Shown here: positions 25,757-38,551 of the stretch, in pieces | Layout of the letters: each line of letters starts with the position of its first letter | Numbering within the stretch: the first letter of the stretch is position 1 | Virus record (IMG/VR): IMGVR_UViG_3300019776_000365 | Coordinates: 1-64,000 of that record | Reading direction: 5' to 3' (one strand) | Origin: a virus | DNA: 64,000 bases | Program-made: the position numbers and the translations under genes | The notes under the pieces: generated by a model | Told to the model about the DNA's origin: nothing | Seen by the model: only the letters and a program-made list of their open reading frames with translations | Databases searched by the model: none

Positions 25757-26027
25757 AAACGTTAATGTCCGAGTAAAATCCTGTGAATTGCTGGAAACCC
25801 CTTAGAGTAATTCAAACTACAACATAGATAGTAATATCAAATGTGAATGTTTAAAAATTGAATTAATTGGGCAATCAGCAGCTAAGTAACTATCCTGTCA
25901 ATTATGATAGTTAAAAGTTCAACGACTAGAGGTGAGCCGACAGAGCAATAAAACCTCAATAGCGCAGGACACCTTAATGGTGATGATATAGTCTAATCTT
26001 TATAGAAATATAAAGCTAATAAAAATG
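25757..26027 (+). mobile_element. ORF-less group I intron (271 nt) in the RNAP catalytic motif
   Basis: P1 TCGGAT/GTCCGA with U-G at the splice site. P10 ACGTTAA/TTGACGT. Core elements AATTGCTGGAAA, AATCAGCAG, TTCAACGACTAG and GATATAGTCTAA. Terminal G. Splicing restores GSD|FDVDKL. Confidence 0.95.
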
Positions 26028-29000
26028 TTTGACGTGGACAAACTATACACATACATGTATGCTACGAAAGAAATTATCGTAGATAAAGAAAAATCTAAGG
26101 AATTTAAAGCAAAACTTAAAGAGTATTATACCAAAGATCAGATAGAAGCTCGTAATCAATTTGGTGATATTGTAAATATACTTAATAGTGATATTGAGTT
26201 GACAGAAGATCAAGAGTCTATGCTTATTGATACACTAAATAGTATAAAAGAAGCTCATAATGATATTAAAGAAATTAAATCATGGCTTAAAAATAATATA
26301 AAGATTGTTAAAGATGAGGAAAAATCTTTGTTTAATGACCTTTTAGATATACATTTGGCTGTATTTAAAAATGGTAGTGATGATTTGTATAGATTAATTA
26401 TGGCTCCAAATGGTTTTGGTCAGTTAAAAACTGGTAAAACCACTGGACTTGGGTTTGATATTGAGAGACTAAAAGACAACGCTAATAAAAATAGATTAAA
26501 CTATCTATCTCCAGAATACCAACAGATGAAATTCCTTAACGGCACTTCAGGCAAACAAGGTGTGGGAATTTTTAGTTCGCTATCTATGTTTAACTCAATC
26601 ACCCAAGGCAAAGAGCTTAGATATGTTAATAAGTCATCAGATAGCGATAGAAGTGTATTCAGTGTTACATTTGGTAATGAAAAATCTAATGGCGAGTTGG
26701 GTTTATTAAAAACAATCAATGGAAAGTACTTCACATCTAAAGTTATTGAAGCGTTTCAGTCTGCATCTGTAGATAATGAGAAAGAACAAATTCTATACAA
26801 ACTAAATATAAACAAATACACAGCACCCGTTATTAATGCTTTAGCTGTTTTAGGCTTTGATGAAGAGACTATATGTTATTTCATTAATCAGCCTATAATA
26901 GAATATTACACAGAATTTATGGCATCTAAGGATTCATCATTAAATGATTTCGATCCAGATGCCGGCGCTAATGTTTTTGATAAAATAGAGAATTTTATAA
27001 TAGGCAAGTACAATATAACTGATATTGACAACTCATTAAATAATTCTGGAGTTGATGTTTTAAAAGAACAAATTGCAACTAAAGAACAAAATAGATCTAA
27101 AAGTTTTTGGGAAAAACAACTTGGATTGCTTAGAAAATTTGAAGAAATTAACGAAGTTGGCAATTCAGTTCAAGCATTGATGCAAACCGTAAATGCAGAG
27201 TCTAAAGGACTCGGTAAGACATTGTTTGGCTCATTATCAAGAGAAGATAAAATTAATGATATAGATGATGTAACTGAGAGGTATAACTCTGGTAAGTCAG
27301 CTACAGGTATTATTAATGCAGGTAGAATTCTATATGAATTTAATGAAGATGGTGAGTATACAACTAATGAGTTTAATGGAAAAATCACAGACTCATTAAA
27401 TGGTTTTGTAGCAGAGTATGGCACTAAAATATTAAATAATATTGGTTCTCAAATATTCCCATATAGAAAGAAGCCAATTAATGATATATTTGATTATCTA
27501 AGAGAGCTATTAGGCAAGAAAGGTTCTTCAATATCTCAAGATGAAGATTTTATGGGTAAAACTTTTACAGCAATGAAGTCGTATTTATTCTCTAATACTA
27601 ATCTATATGGAGATAAAGTTGATTTAAAGGCTGAAAGAAAACGTTTATTTCTTGGTGAATATAAACTATTAGATCCAAATAATCCTAACGGAGAAGCTAT
27701 ATTAGTAAACCCATCACTTGCTGACACCATAGAAGCATTAAAAAATGAAAACATAGGTAAGTCTAACATGCTACTCAGGATGCTTACAGTGGACAAAAGA
27801 ATGACCTCTAGCGCTGTTAAACTGGTTAAATATAATGCAGCATCTGGTCAAAATGCAGATGAGTCTGAAATACACCAAGCATTTATAGCTTTATTTAGAG
27901 AAAATGTGCCATTAGAGTATAAAATTGGTGATAAAATTAATAAGATAAACTCAAGAGATCTTGCTTTAGATTTAATTAAATACACTTATTTATCTGGTGG
28001 CTCTCAAGAGGCTATACAATTCACTAGATATATACCTATAGATGTGCTTGAATATATTGGATTTGGCGATAGAATCAATACTATAGCAAAAAATATTAGC
28101 TTATCACATTTTGGTACAAGTGTAGAAAAAAATTCAATTAAAAATTCCAACTTTGTTGAACAGTATTTACAACATAACCCAAGTAAAGTGCCAGTCAAAA
28201 TTAAAGGTAAACTAAACAAAGGCAATAAAGATTTAAAAAATGTTCAAATAAAAGATGGTATTGTTTGGAAATTCACTCCAAACTTTACAGTAGATACAAC
28301 TAAAGGTTCCGCTGATTATATGTTAGGTCAAAAATATGTTGTTGGCATGACCGACAATATGAAATATCTAATATATAAATTTAATGGTACTGAGTTTGTA
28401 AATATACCTACACTTGGAACATTTGGTATGAGTGAATATGACTTTAACCTACCATCAGGAGAAGTTGCTCAATCTGTAATTACATCAAGAAATATAACTC
28501 CTTTAAATGAAAACAAACCTAGTGATATTAGCAATAAATTATCACAACAGGTTAAGCAAGAAGAGTTAGATGTAACAAAAGAATATGACTTATATAAGAA
28601 TTCATTAGATAATGAAAATCAAATTAAAGGTATATTAGAGTTAATATCAAAAAATGGTAATGAAGCCAACAGTCGCATTGCTAAAAAGCTATTAGAAAAC
28701 ACTCACCTTTTAAATTCTATTAGTGATTATAATTTATCTTATGGAGATGTTGGTAGGTCATCTGGTAGGCACAACATGTATGATAAAACTATAACCATAT
28801 CTAATATTAAAAACAAGTTTAAATCAAAAGATAAACTTGAAAATACTTTAGTTCATGAAATAGTTCATGCATATACTGTTAGAACGCTTAGATTAATATT
28901 TGATGATAAATTCAAATCAGAAAATATAGAAGAGTTTGAAAATCTAGATCCTAAAATTATTGAATCCGCTCGTAGAATTAGATCTATAAGAAGAGCTTTA

Positions 29001-31691
29001 GTTTATAAGGCTAAGTCATCTTCTAAAGAACTTAGCGATAAACTTAAAGACATAGAAGCTTGGTGGGCCAACAACAAAACAACTAAACTTACAGAAGAAC
29101 ATAAATTTGCTTATTCATTGAGTGATGATTTTGAGTTTGTCTCAATGGCGCTTACAGATAGTAGTTTTAGGTCAGAGATTGATAAACTAGATTCTATAAG
29201 TGATAATAATAGCACTCTAAAGAAGCTATGAGACGCTTTGCTTAAATTCTTAGGTCTTGATAGTGTATCTAATATAGATAAAACATTTATTGAAAACAAT
29301 ATATTTAATTTTATAGATACTATTGAAACATCTATTAAAGAACCATCAAAAAAGATTGACAAGAAAGAATTTAAAGATAATGAAGAGTATAGAAACTTAT
29401 CCAATATACTTGATGAAATAGAGTCTAAAAAAGAAGTTGAGATAATTAAAGAGCCAGTTAAATATTACGAAGGAAATATAACTCCAGATAAAAATACTAT
29501 ATTTGTTTTTGGTAGTAATCCAGAAGGTCGTCATGGTGCTGGTGCCGCTAAAATAGCGAGAACACAATTTGGCGCTATTTATGGTCAAGGTGAAGGATTG
29601 CAGGGTAATGCATATGCTCTACCAACAAAAGATCTCAGGATTACCGAAAATAAAGGATTTAAATATATATCATTTGATCAAATCGTAGAAAACATTAAAA
29701 AACTATATGAAGTTGCCAAACAAAATCCAGATAAACAATTCAAAATAGCTTATAGAAATACTACGACAACATCTTTAAATGGATATACTGGATTGGAAAT
29801 GATTGAGATGTTTAAAACTGCCGGTGATATTCCATCAAATATTGTATTTAGTAAAGAGTGGATTGAAACTGGCGAATTTAATAAAAAAGAAGAACCAAAA
29901 GTTGAAGAGCAAACAAAACAAGAAGATCCAAAAAGTAAATCATTTTCATATAAAGGTGTATCAATAGACACTGAATTTCAATTAGGTGAAGACCAAGACA
30001 AATCACTTAAAGAGTTAATAGATTTTATTGATGGCTCATCTGACACAGCAATGACACTACAAGGTGCTGCTGGTACTGGCAAAACAGCTACAATTGGTTA
30101 TCTTCAGAAATACTTAAACAAAAAAGGTTATACTCCTTTTGTTTATATGGCTCCAACACATGCAGCAACTGTAGAATTAGCATTTGCTACTGTTAAAACT
30201 GGAAATACATCTATGCCATTTACTGTAGCTAAGGCTGTAAGATATGATAGTCTAAATAAAAAGAATGTATTTACCATGAGAATAAATGAAATTTTATCTT
30301 ATGGTGGTGTTATAGTAGTCGATGAATCTTCAATGCTTGATGATAATGACGTAAATGCTATAATAGAAGCATCTGAAAATATTGGTGTTAAGGTTGTTTT
30401 TATGGGTGATGAGAAGCAGATACCAAAGGTTAGCAAAGAAGGTGGTGATGTAATGTCATTATTTGGTGAAGATTTTGGGACTATTAAAAAAAGAGTATCA
30501 TCTGCTTTTACGAAACTAAAGCAAACAAATCTTAGACAAGTTTTTAGACAATCAGACAATGGATTGCTTGCACTTTTATCTAAAATGAGATCTCAAAATA
30601 ATTTTAAATTATTTAAAGTGAATAACAGAAAGTCTGTAAAATTTGTTGATAGAAGTGAGTATAATAAATTATTAAGGGAAGATATATTAAACGATCCTGA
30701 AAATACTATTGTTATATCATACACAAACGGTTCTGTTCAAGAAGTTAACAAAAATGTTAGATTAATTAGAGGTATGAGTGGTAGTCCAAAAGTGTTTGAT
30801 GTTATCATTGGATATATAGGGTATGCCAATAAAAAGATAGATGCTGGGAATATAGCTAATAGTGTTCAATATACTATTGATACAATACAAAGAGATGGCT
30901 CAGAACTTAGAATTATAGCAAATTCTGATAAACTAAAACAACTAGTTGATTTAGGGATATCTGGTATATCTAAAGTAGCATTTACTAGATATTTGCAGTT
31001 ATCACAAGGTGATAGTCTTTCTATTGATGATATGACAAAAGAAGATTATGACAACAACAATGAAACATTATCTAATATATTTAGATCGGTGCATGAATTA
31101 AATATGGCTTATGACAGAAAACAGATTAAATATTACACATATCTAAATGCATTAGCAGAAAAAACTGCTATTTTAGCTGAATTGTCTGTTGGTGATAGTT
31201 ATATTTATAATCCAAAAATCGATAAAATGGAGCGTTATGATCAAAAGATTCATAAAAACATCAAATCATCTGGTAGTGGGTCTTTGTTGTTTGAGAAGGG
31301 CGTTGATTATGGTCATGCTATAACAATACATAAATCTCAGGGATCTACTATAAACAATGTTTATTTTGACGCAGATTCAATAAATTCAGCTAGAGATACA
31401 AAAATACTTGATGAAAAAGACAATCAAGTCACAACTGAAAAAATGGCTTTAGCTTATGTAGCTATGAGTAGAAGTAAGAATAAACTTGTTGTAAATAAAG
31501 GTAGTCAAGCTTTTGAACAGATAGATGAAAATGAAGTTGAATCATTGCCTGAATTTAACGACTCTAGTTTTTTCGAATTAACAGAGGATGAAAGCAAAAC
31601 TTTAATTAAAAAGCATGGCGACAAAGCTATAGAGATGTATAATAACTTAAATGACGAACAAAAAGAAATAATACTTAAATGTTTAAGATAA
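26028..31691 (+). CDS. virion RNA polymerase polyprotein, exon 2, with zincin, macro-like and SF1 helicase domains (TGA=Trp at 29229; about 3377 aa in total)
   Basis: FDVDKL, SASVDNEK, HEIVH, FVFGSN..GRHGAGAA, GAAGTGKT, DESSM, GD..Q, TIHKSQGS and YVAMSR motifs. Confidence 0.9.
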
Positions 31692-31692
31692 T

Positions 31693-34600
31693 ATGGCTAA
31701 ATGTATAATACATAATGATAAATTTAAAGACCTGGTTGAAAAATCAGGTCTTAACTCTATGCAATTAGAGGCTGAGATGAATCTTTGGATGACTAGAAAT
31801 AATACAGATATTTGGCCAACTCTTAGTCAATTGGGTATTGAATTCAAAGATATAACAAAAGAACATAAAGGCATTATAAGAAATAGACTTTCAGATATAA
31901 TCCCAAACATATCTGAAGATAAATTTAAAGAGATATATGAAAATTATACTTCATTAATGGGTAGAGGCGGTAGGCCTGGGAAGGAATTGCCTTTTAATAA
32001 ATTCAAAGCGTTTGTTTCAAATGCAAATGTGTATAACTATAAAGATACTTTTATTTTTGGACACTATGATACAATAAATAATGTTTTTATAACTACCATA
32101 AGTAGCAGCCCAAGTAGTAAAGAACTTTTAGCTGAAGCTATACCAAATATAGCTAAGAATTTTGATGTTATAGGATTTGCGCCAAAGGATGTTGTTGGCA
32201 AATATAAAAGAAGTGGATACGTTGTTAGCGATGCATTTTTTAATTATAATTTTAGAGGCGAAGAAATGAATAAATTTCTATATGCATCAAATCCTAATAT
32301 AACAAAACGTATATATGGTAAAAATATAGAAGATTTATCTCAGAAGGAAATATTGGATTTAGATAATAGATCGTTGGGGTATATTTCATTTAGAAATCTT
32401 CTTGACGAATTAGTTACAAATAAAGATAATTATAACTATAATATTGTAAACAATAACCTAAAAGAGCTTAGGGTTCCAGCTCATCAAAGAGAGAGGTTTT
32501 TAAAAGAAATAAAAAATGGTAGATATGAATATACAGAATACTCACTAATACCAGCAATCAAAAAGCTATACGATTTTAAAAAGGTTGATATTGATGAGAA
32601 AGACGAAAATGCTCTAAATCAAATAGTTCCAGATACCGAAAATCAATTAAACAAACTGTTAGTCAATTATCTTTCTAACTTTGGAATAAAAACAGAATAC
32701 ATTGAAGATATACAAAATAAACTTGGTATAGATTCACTAGGAACTGTTGATATTCTTAACAAAATTGCATATGTAGATAAAGATAATACTGAAGATTTGC
32801 CGGAAATTGCAGGTAAATTTATAGCATATATGCTTCAACACAACCCATTGATAACATCCACATATGAACAGCTTAGAAAAATAGGTAAATATAAAAATAG
32901 TAATAAGGATGAATTGTTAGATATAATAGGCGAACTTATAGCTAAAGAGTTGCACAACAAAACGGATGTTAATTTACCTAAATCTTTAGCAGAAAAAATA
33001 CAATCTATAATTGCATATTTTTTTGATTTACTAACAAAGGCCAGAATAAATAAAATCAACAAAGATATTGGAGTTATTGTTGATTCAATCTTATCAAATA
33101 ATAAATCATTAATAACCGCAAGTAAATACAAGCCAGGATCTCCTGGTAAACAGGTTTTGCAAGTGTCACTAAAAGAGGCATTAAGATCTGATAGTTTTGC
33201 TAACTCTATAGTTAACAAGATGGCTGATAAAGGATTTATTCTAACTGGAAGTGTTGTTCTTTCAGAGCAGGGCTCTATATTTAGACCAGAAGAAAATCAA
33301 GTTCATGATTTAGATTGGGTAAATCCTCATAATGAAGAAAAAACTAATGAGATATTAGATGAAATATATCCAAATAGAAAACATATAAGAAATATATATA
33401 ACGAAGGTGAAGAGTCGTATACTCATACATTTTTAATAAGTCCAGAAGGAACTAAAATAACAAACCTAAAACTTGAGGGGTCAAATTCCATAGTTAGATC
33501 ATACAATATAGTAAATGATAATAATGAAATAGTTGGCTCTTATTCCAATGAAAATGGTGTTGAAAGATCTAATGGTATTGAAGGGAAGGCTATAGATCTA
33601 TTTATGAATGAACGTAACAAATTAACTCCAACTCAAACAATATTAGAATCTGGAATAGTTTTAAACATGTCAAATTGAAGAGATATTTTTAAAGCTAAAC
33701 TAAGATATGCAAGATTAAAAGATATCTGAGACTATAATAGATTTATACCAAATGAAAATATAACAATAAAAGAAATTGCAAAATCAGAAATTAAAGGAGA
33801 AACTTATAATTCCACAGAAGATGCCCCAGATATGACAGAGCCAGATGATATTACCGAAATGGGAACTTTATTTGACATAGAAATACCTGATGAATATAAG
33901 CTGTCAGATTTCAACTTAACAGAAGAAGATGAAGATACTATAAGTCAAAGCTCATACGCTAATCTTACAAGGATGCTTATATATAGACGCAATGATATAT
34001 ATAATGACATGCAAAATACTAGTACAGCCATTAGAAATGCTAAAGATGAATCTGAAAGAACCAAACTTAGAGAAAAGTACGCTGAGTTAAAAAGCAAAAT
34101 GGACTCTATCGTTGAACGTATAGATAAAGCCAATCAGCTTAAAAACATATCTCAATTAGTTACATTTGGTGAAGAGGATTTATCTGAGGCTATAAAGTTG
34201 TTAGAAGATCCTAATTTAACAGAGCATGGCCTTAGATATGCTAAAAGAATTGTTGATTTTTGGATTAAAGTAGCTGATTTTAATGTAGAGCGTGAGGGCC
34301 ATGTTTTATTTGGTAAGAGCTACGATAAAGTTATATCAGATAAAGAAAAAAATGAGTTTTTAGATTTGGCTAATAGAAAAGAAACTGGTGCTATAGCTTT
34401 GAGTCATATAATCAATGGGCTATCTAGAGATTATATATCAAAAATGGTTAATAAACAATTAGATGGGACATTTAGTATAAAAGATATATATAAAGCTATA
34501 GAAGATATTAACTGGTGGAAAGCTAATGCATTCTCAATACAAGACTATTCTTCGCCATTATTAACGGCTATGTATAAAACTATGCGTCAAGCCGACATGG

Positions 34601-37389
34601 ATGCTTCTAAAGAGGCTGAAGTGCTATCTAAACAGTTGAATGATCTACTTAGTAGGGTTAACAAAAAGCTAACATCAAAAGGAAGTGGTAGATATAGGAT
34701 ATTCTATCAAGAAGAGAATGGTAAGCTAAATGGTAATCTAGTAAGGATATATACAAAGAAATATCAAGATACAAAAGAAGAGTTACTTAAAAAAGCTCAA
34801 AATGCCACTGGTGACAATAAGGCTAGAGCTTGGGATGATTTTAAAAGATGGTCTAAAGCCAATGAAGATCTAATAGATATTAGATTGTTGTTCCCCACAG
34901 AAGAGTTAACTCAAGATCAACAAATAGCAGCAGATAAACATAAAGCTCATATACTTAAAATGTTGGGTCAACGACAGTACGATAAAGTTATGAGTGAAAT
35001 TTCTGAAGCTTTAATTGATTATGATATATCAAGAAATCTAAAGAAGAATCAATTAGAATTAGATGATACTTTATCTGAAGATGATAAGTTTTTTAAACTA
35101 AAAGAGTGAGAGCATAAGAAATCTCCATATATTGAGATGGAGAGACGCTTGGGTAGTTTAGAAGATGATGGTACATACAAGGATTCTAAAGTTATGTTAG
35201 GCCCTAATAGAACATTTGCAGACAAAGGCGTTAGAGGTCTTAGAACTATTGCAAAAGAGTATTTGAGTGATGGTACAAAAACAGAATGGTATGATCCTAA
35301 ATTTAAAGAAATATCTAAAGATAAGGATTTGTTAGAGCTGTATAACTTCATATACGATACTATGGATTATATGAAGACATTATTACCAGAGCATCAGAGA
35401 AATCAAATATCAACTAATACACTACCATTTATAGAAAAATCTATTGTTGATATGTTTTCTGAAAACTCCGCTATTGGCATGGCTAATATGTGGAGTGAGA
35501 TACAGAACTCATTTATGATTAAAAACTTAGATGAACGCAAATATGATGAAATTGATGTAACAACAGGCAAGGCTATATCAAAGGTAAAAGTTACCACCTT
35601 TATGTCTGGAGATAAGAGATTAAATGATGCTATAAAAATAAAAGAAGCTGAGTTCATAGCTAAGACTGGTAAAAACCCATCAAAAGAAGATGCAGTAAAA
35701 TTTAGAAAAGAAGCTTTAGATGATTTAAATAAAGAAAGATCATTTGATTTGCCATCATTAATAAAGATGTATACAGGCTCGTTATTGGCCTATAAGCATA
35801 AATCTAACGTTATAGATATAATAGAGATAGCTAGAGATGCCGTTGATGAAATAAGCGAAATATCGACATCTAATGCCGGTAGAGAGCAAATAGATCCATT
35901 GACTGGTAAGCCTAGAGTTCAAGCTGGACTAACACACCTCAAAGAGTCATTAGATTACGCCATGGATGCTTTTAAAGGGCAGCCAATACATACTAGAACG
36001 GCTGCATCACAAAATAAAAAATACAACCATAAAGACAAAGTAGAATTAAATAAGTTATTATCTACTAAAGCTTTGTTGGATGAAAAATTTAATAAAGGTA
36101 AGATTAGCAAAGCAGAGCATGATAAGCAAATATCTGTAATAGACAGTAAAATAAACTCATTGGGAGGATATGCTTCTTTTGAAAAAGCTGGTGAAAATGT
36201 ATTGAAATACATTCAACTTAAAGGCATGGGATTTAATGCTATAGCAGGTGCTGTCAATCTAACTACAGGCTGGTTAGAGAACTGCATTAGATCTGCTGAT
36301 GGTAGGTTCTTTGATTCATCTCAATTAGGAGCTTCATATAGAGATGTTATGTCTACTATATACGACCCTATGAGAAAAAATAGCACTACTAGAAAATTGG
36401 TAGGTATAGAAAAGTCCTTAAGGATATTAAATAATCCAGCTCATGAGTTGTATAAAACCGAGTCTAAGTTTGGAAAAGTAGCTTATATTATAACAGAAAA
36501 GACTGAGTTTGTGAACGTTATGTCTATGTCTGGTGCTTATCTTAGAAATATTAAAGTTAAAGACGCTAAAGGCAATGATTCTAATCTATATGAAGCATTT
36601 AAAGAGGATGGGTCTATTAAAGATGGCTGGAAGTTAAGCAATACTAAAACTAATGATGAGTTTTTGTTTGATGTAAGCCAAGCTATACAAGCTTTAATTA
36701 AAAGATCTCATGGTAACTACAGAGATTCACTCAAGGGTAAAAAAACTATATTGGGTCAAATGGCCTTTCAGTTTAGGACTTGGATGCCAGAATTGTACAA
36801 TTCAAGGTGAGGAGCAACTCAGTATGACTATATACTTAATAAAGAATTTAAGGGTAGATGGAAATCATATGGCACATTAACTGGTAGTGAGTTTAATGGA
36901 AATACATTTACAGCAGCAGACAATACATTGTATACATTAGGTCAGCTATGTAGAAAGATATTATTTATGAGGACTTCATTTGATGGTAGGATGTCAGAAG
37001 TTGATGCTGCTAACATGAAAGCAAACCTTATGGAGCTTCATTTTGTACTTGGTACTATAGCTTTGATGTTAATGTTAAGAGCAGCCATTCCAGATGAAGA
37101 TAGAAAGAAAAACTTTACATATAATATGTTGATTAATCTTATTACAAGACAGCAGAATGATATATTAGTTTTCGCTAACCCTGGGACATTTGAGCAGATT
37201 AATAAAAATGTATTACCAGTAACAAGTGTTATATCTGATACTAAAAACTTAATGACGGCTATTAAAAATGAATTTAGCGATGATGATAAACAGCATGGTA
37301 AATCATTTGTTAAGGCCGTTAAGATGGTCCCACTTGGAGGCCAGCTAGTTAGAATTGGTCAATATGGATCTAAAGAAATAGCTCAATAA
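31693..37389 (+). CDS. giant ejection protein 3 (1898 aa, TGA=Trp at 33676, 33727, 35107, 36808) with internal nucleotidyltransferase-like domain
   Basis: Four ORFs in one frame joined only by TGA. HGNY, QFRTWMP and GRWKS motifs. Internal LTGS...DLD. Confidence 0.88.
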
Positions 37390-37412
37390 CGTTTTGTTGG
37401 ATAAAATTTTTT

Positions 37413-37450
37413 ATAGGTGGGACTTTTTACATCCCACCTATTTTTGTTTT
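37413..37450 (+). terminator. terminator at the junction of the convergent blocks
   Basis: ATAGGTGGGA/TCCCACCTAT stem followed by a T tract. Confidence 0.85.
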
Positions 37451-37910
37451 ATTTTTTACTATCAATTAAGTCAGTACAAAGATAAACACTTGAAATTACT
37501 GGAATTCCTACTTGTTTGCAAGAATTTTTAATATCATTAATTGAATACATTGGTTTATTATATTTAATATATTCTTCTGCTTTTTCTTTAGTTGAAAAAT
37601 ATTTATAATTCATTAAATCTGGGTTACATAGAGTATTGCTATAATCAATTCCCATTGAAAATGACTTTAAATTTACATAAAATATATCCGGATGGTTGTT
37701 TTTATAAATATCTACACCATCTTCTGTTGTAAATAATGGTCTTGGTTTTACCAACTCCCAGTATTCTGGATAACTGTTATAAAAATTAGTACCCATCCAA
37801 TCAGGGTGAGATCTTAAATGCAATACATCAATACCATCATACCAATGTATTGTATTTAAAGATGGGCTACCAGGATATGTTTTGATTAATTTATACTCTA
37901 TTTTACTCAT
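37449..37910 (-). CDS. hypothetical protein
   Basis: 153-aa ORF, LIKTYPGSP and FTTEDGVDIY segments. Confidence 0.7.
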   Translation of the reverse strand: MSKIEYKLIKTYPGSPSLNTIHWYDGIDVLHLRSHPDWMGTNFYNSYPEYWELVKPRPLFTTEDGVDIYKNNHPDIFYVNLKSFSMGIDYSNTLCNPDLMNYKYFSTKEKAEEYIKYNKPMYSINDIKNSCKQVGIPVISSVYLCTDLIDSKK

Positions 37911-38163
37911 ACACTTGTGTTTTTATTAATTGTTTGTTTTTATCGTAAGTTTCTATTACATTTAAATTAAGCTTATTTGCAGCCTGTTTAAGCGCATATC
38001 TCAAGTCAAACATGCCATTGCTTATCAATTGAAATATAACCCGGATTTCGTCAGCGGAAGGCTCTTTAACGCCACATAGGTTGCAATAATATACTATAAA
38101 CTCAGTTAGTTTATTTTGATCTACACTATTGTTCTCAAGTGTGTTTTTTATGAAATCTTTCAT
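37903..38163 (-). CDS. hypothetical protein
   Basis: 86-aa ORF overlapping the next gene. Confidence 0.6.
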   Translation of the reverse strand: MKDFIKNTLENNSVDQNKLTEFIVYYCNLCGVKEPSADEIRVIFQLISNGMFDLRYALKQAANKLNLNVIETYDKNKQLIKTQVYE

Positions 38164-38181
38164 AAATACTTATGATTAACT

Positions 38182-38412
38182 TTATTTGATATTATTTATA
38201 GTTATAAATGCATCAAACTCTTTAAATATTTCATTATGCTCAAATACGATTCTATCTTTCACTTCATCTTCAAATTCATCCTCTGGTAGTTTAAATAGGT
38301 TTGATTGCATATCATAATATCCAATATTGCTATGTTTAAACACAAGACCACCAATGTCAATTAATATATCATATTCTACTCTTACTGAAATTTCATCTCT
38401 TGGGTCGTGCAT
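38182..38412 (-). CDS. hypothetical protein
   Basis: 76-aa ORF in operon orientation. Confidence 0.55.
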   Translation of the reverse strand: MHDPRDEISVRVEYDILIDIGGLVFKHSNIGYYDMQSNLFKLPEDEFEDEVKDRIVFEHNEIFKEFDAFITINNIK

Positions 38413-38551
38413 AATATTTATTTATTTGTAATCAACCGCAGGGTTACTGGTTTGTAATGTTTAGTGTTAACCATTTTTATTTAGCGTATTACCTAACAGC
38501 TCTCCTTCAAGCAATACAATTGCCGTTTAGTGTGTTTTGGTTGATTGTTTA

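Noticed and set aside
26025-26027. Separate RNAP subunit starting MFDVD, or an intein/programmed frameshift
   Set aside because: The intervening 271 nt has full group I signatures and splicing restores DFDVD
1275-36212. Short - strand ORFs within the late block (and + strand ORFs within the early block)
   Set aside because: Antisense shadows of long genes, with no recognisable motifs
7237-37389. Fragmented ORFs as pseudogenes or sequencing errors
   Set aside because: All breaks are TGA, in frame, and often at Trp motifs in essential genes. Random decay would also give TAA/TAG and frameshifts.
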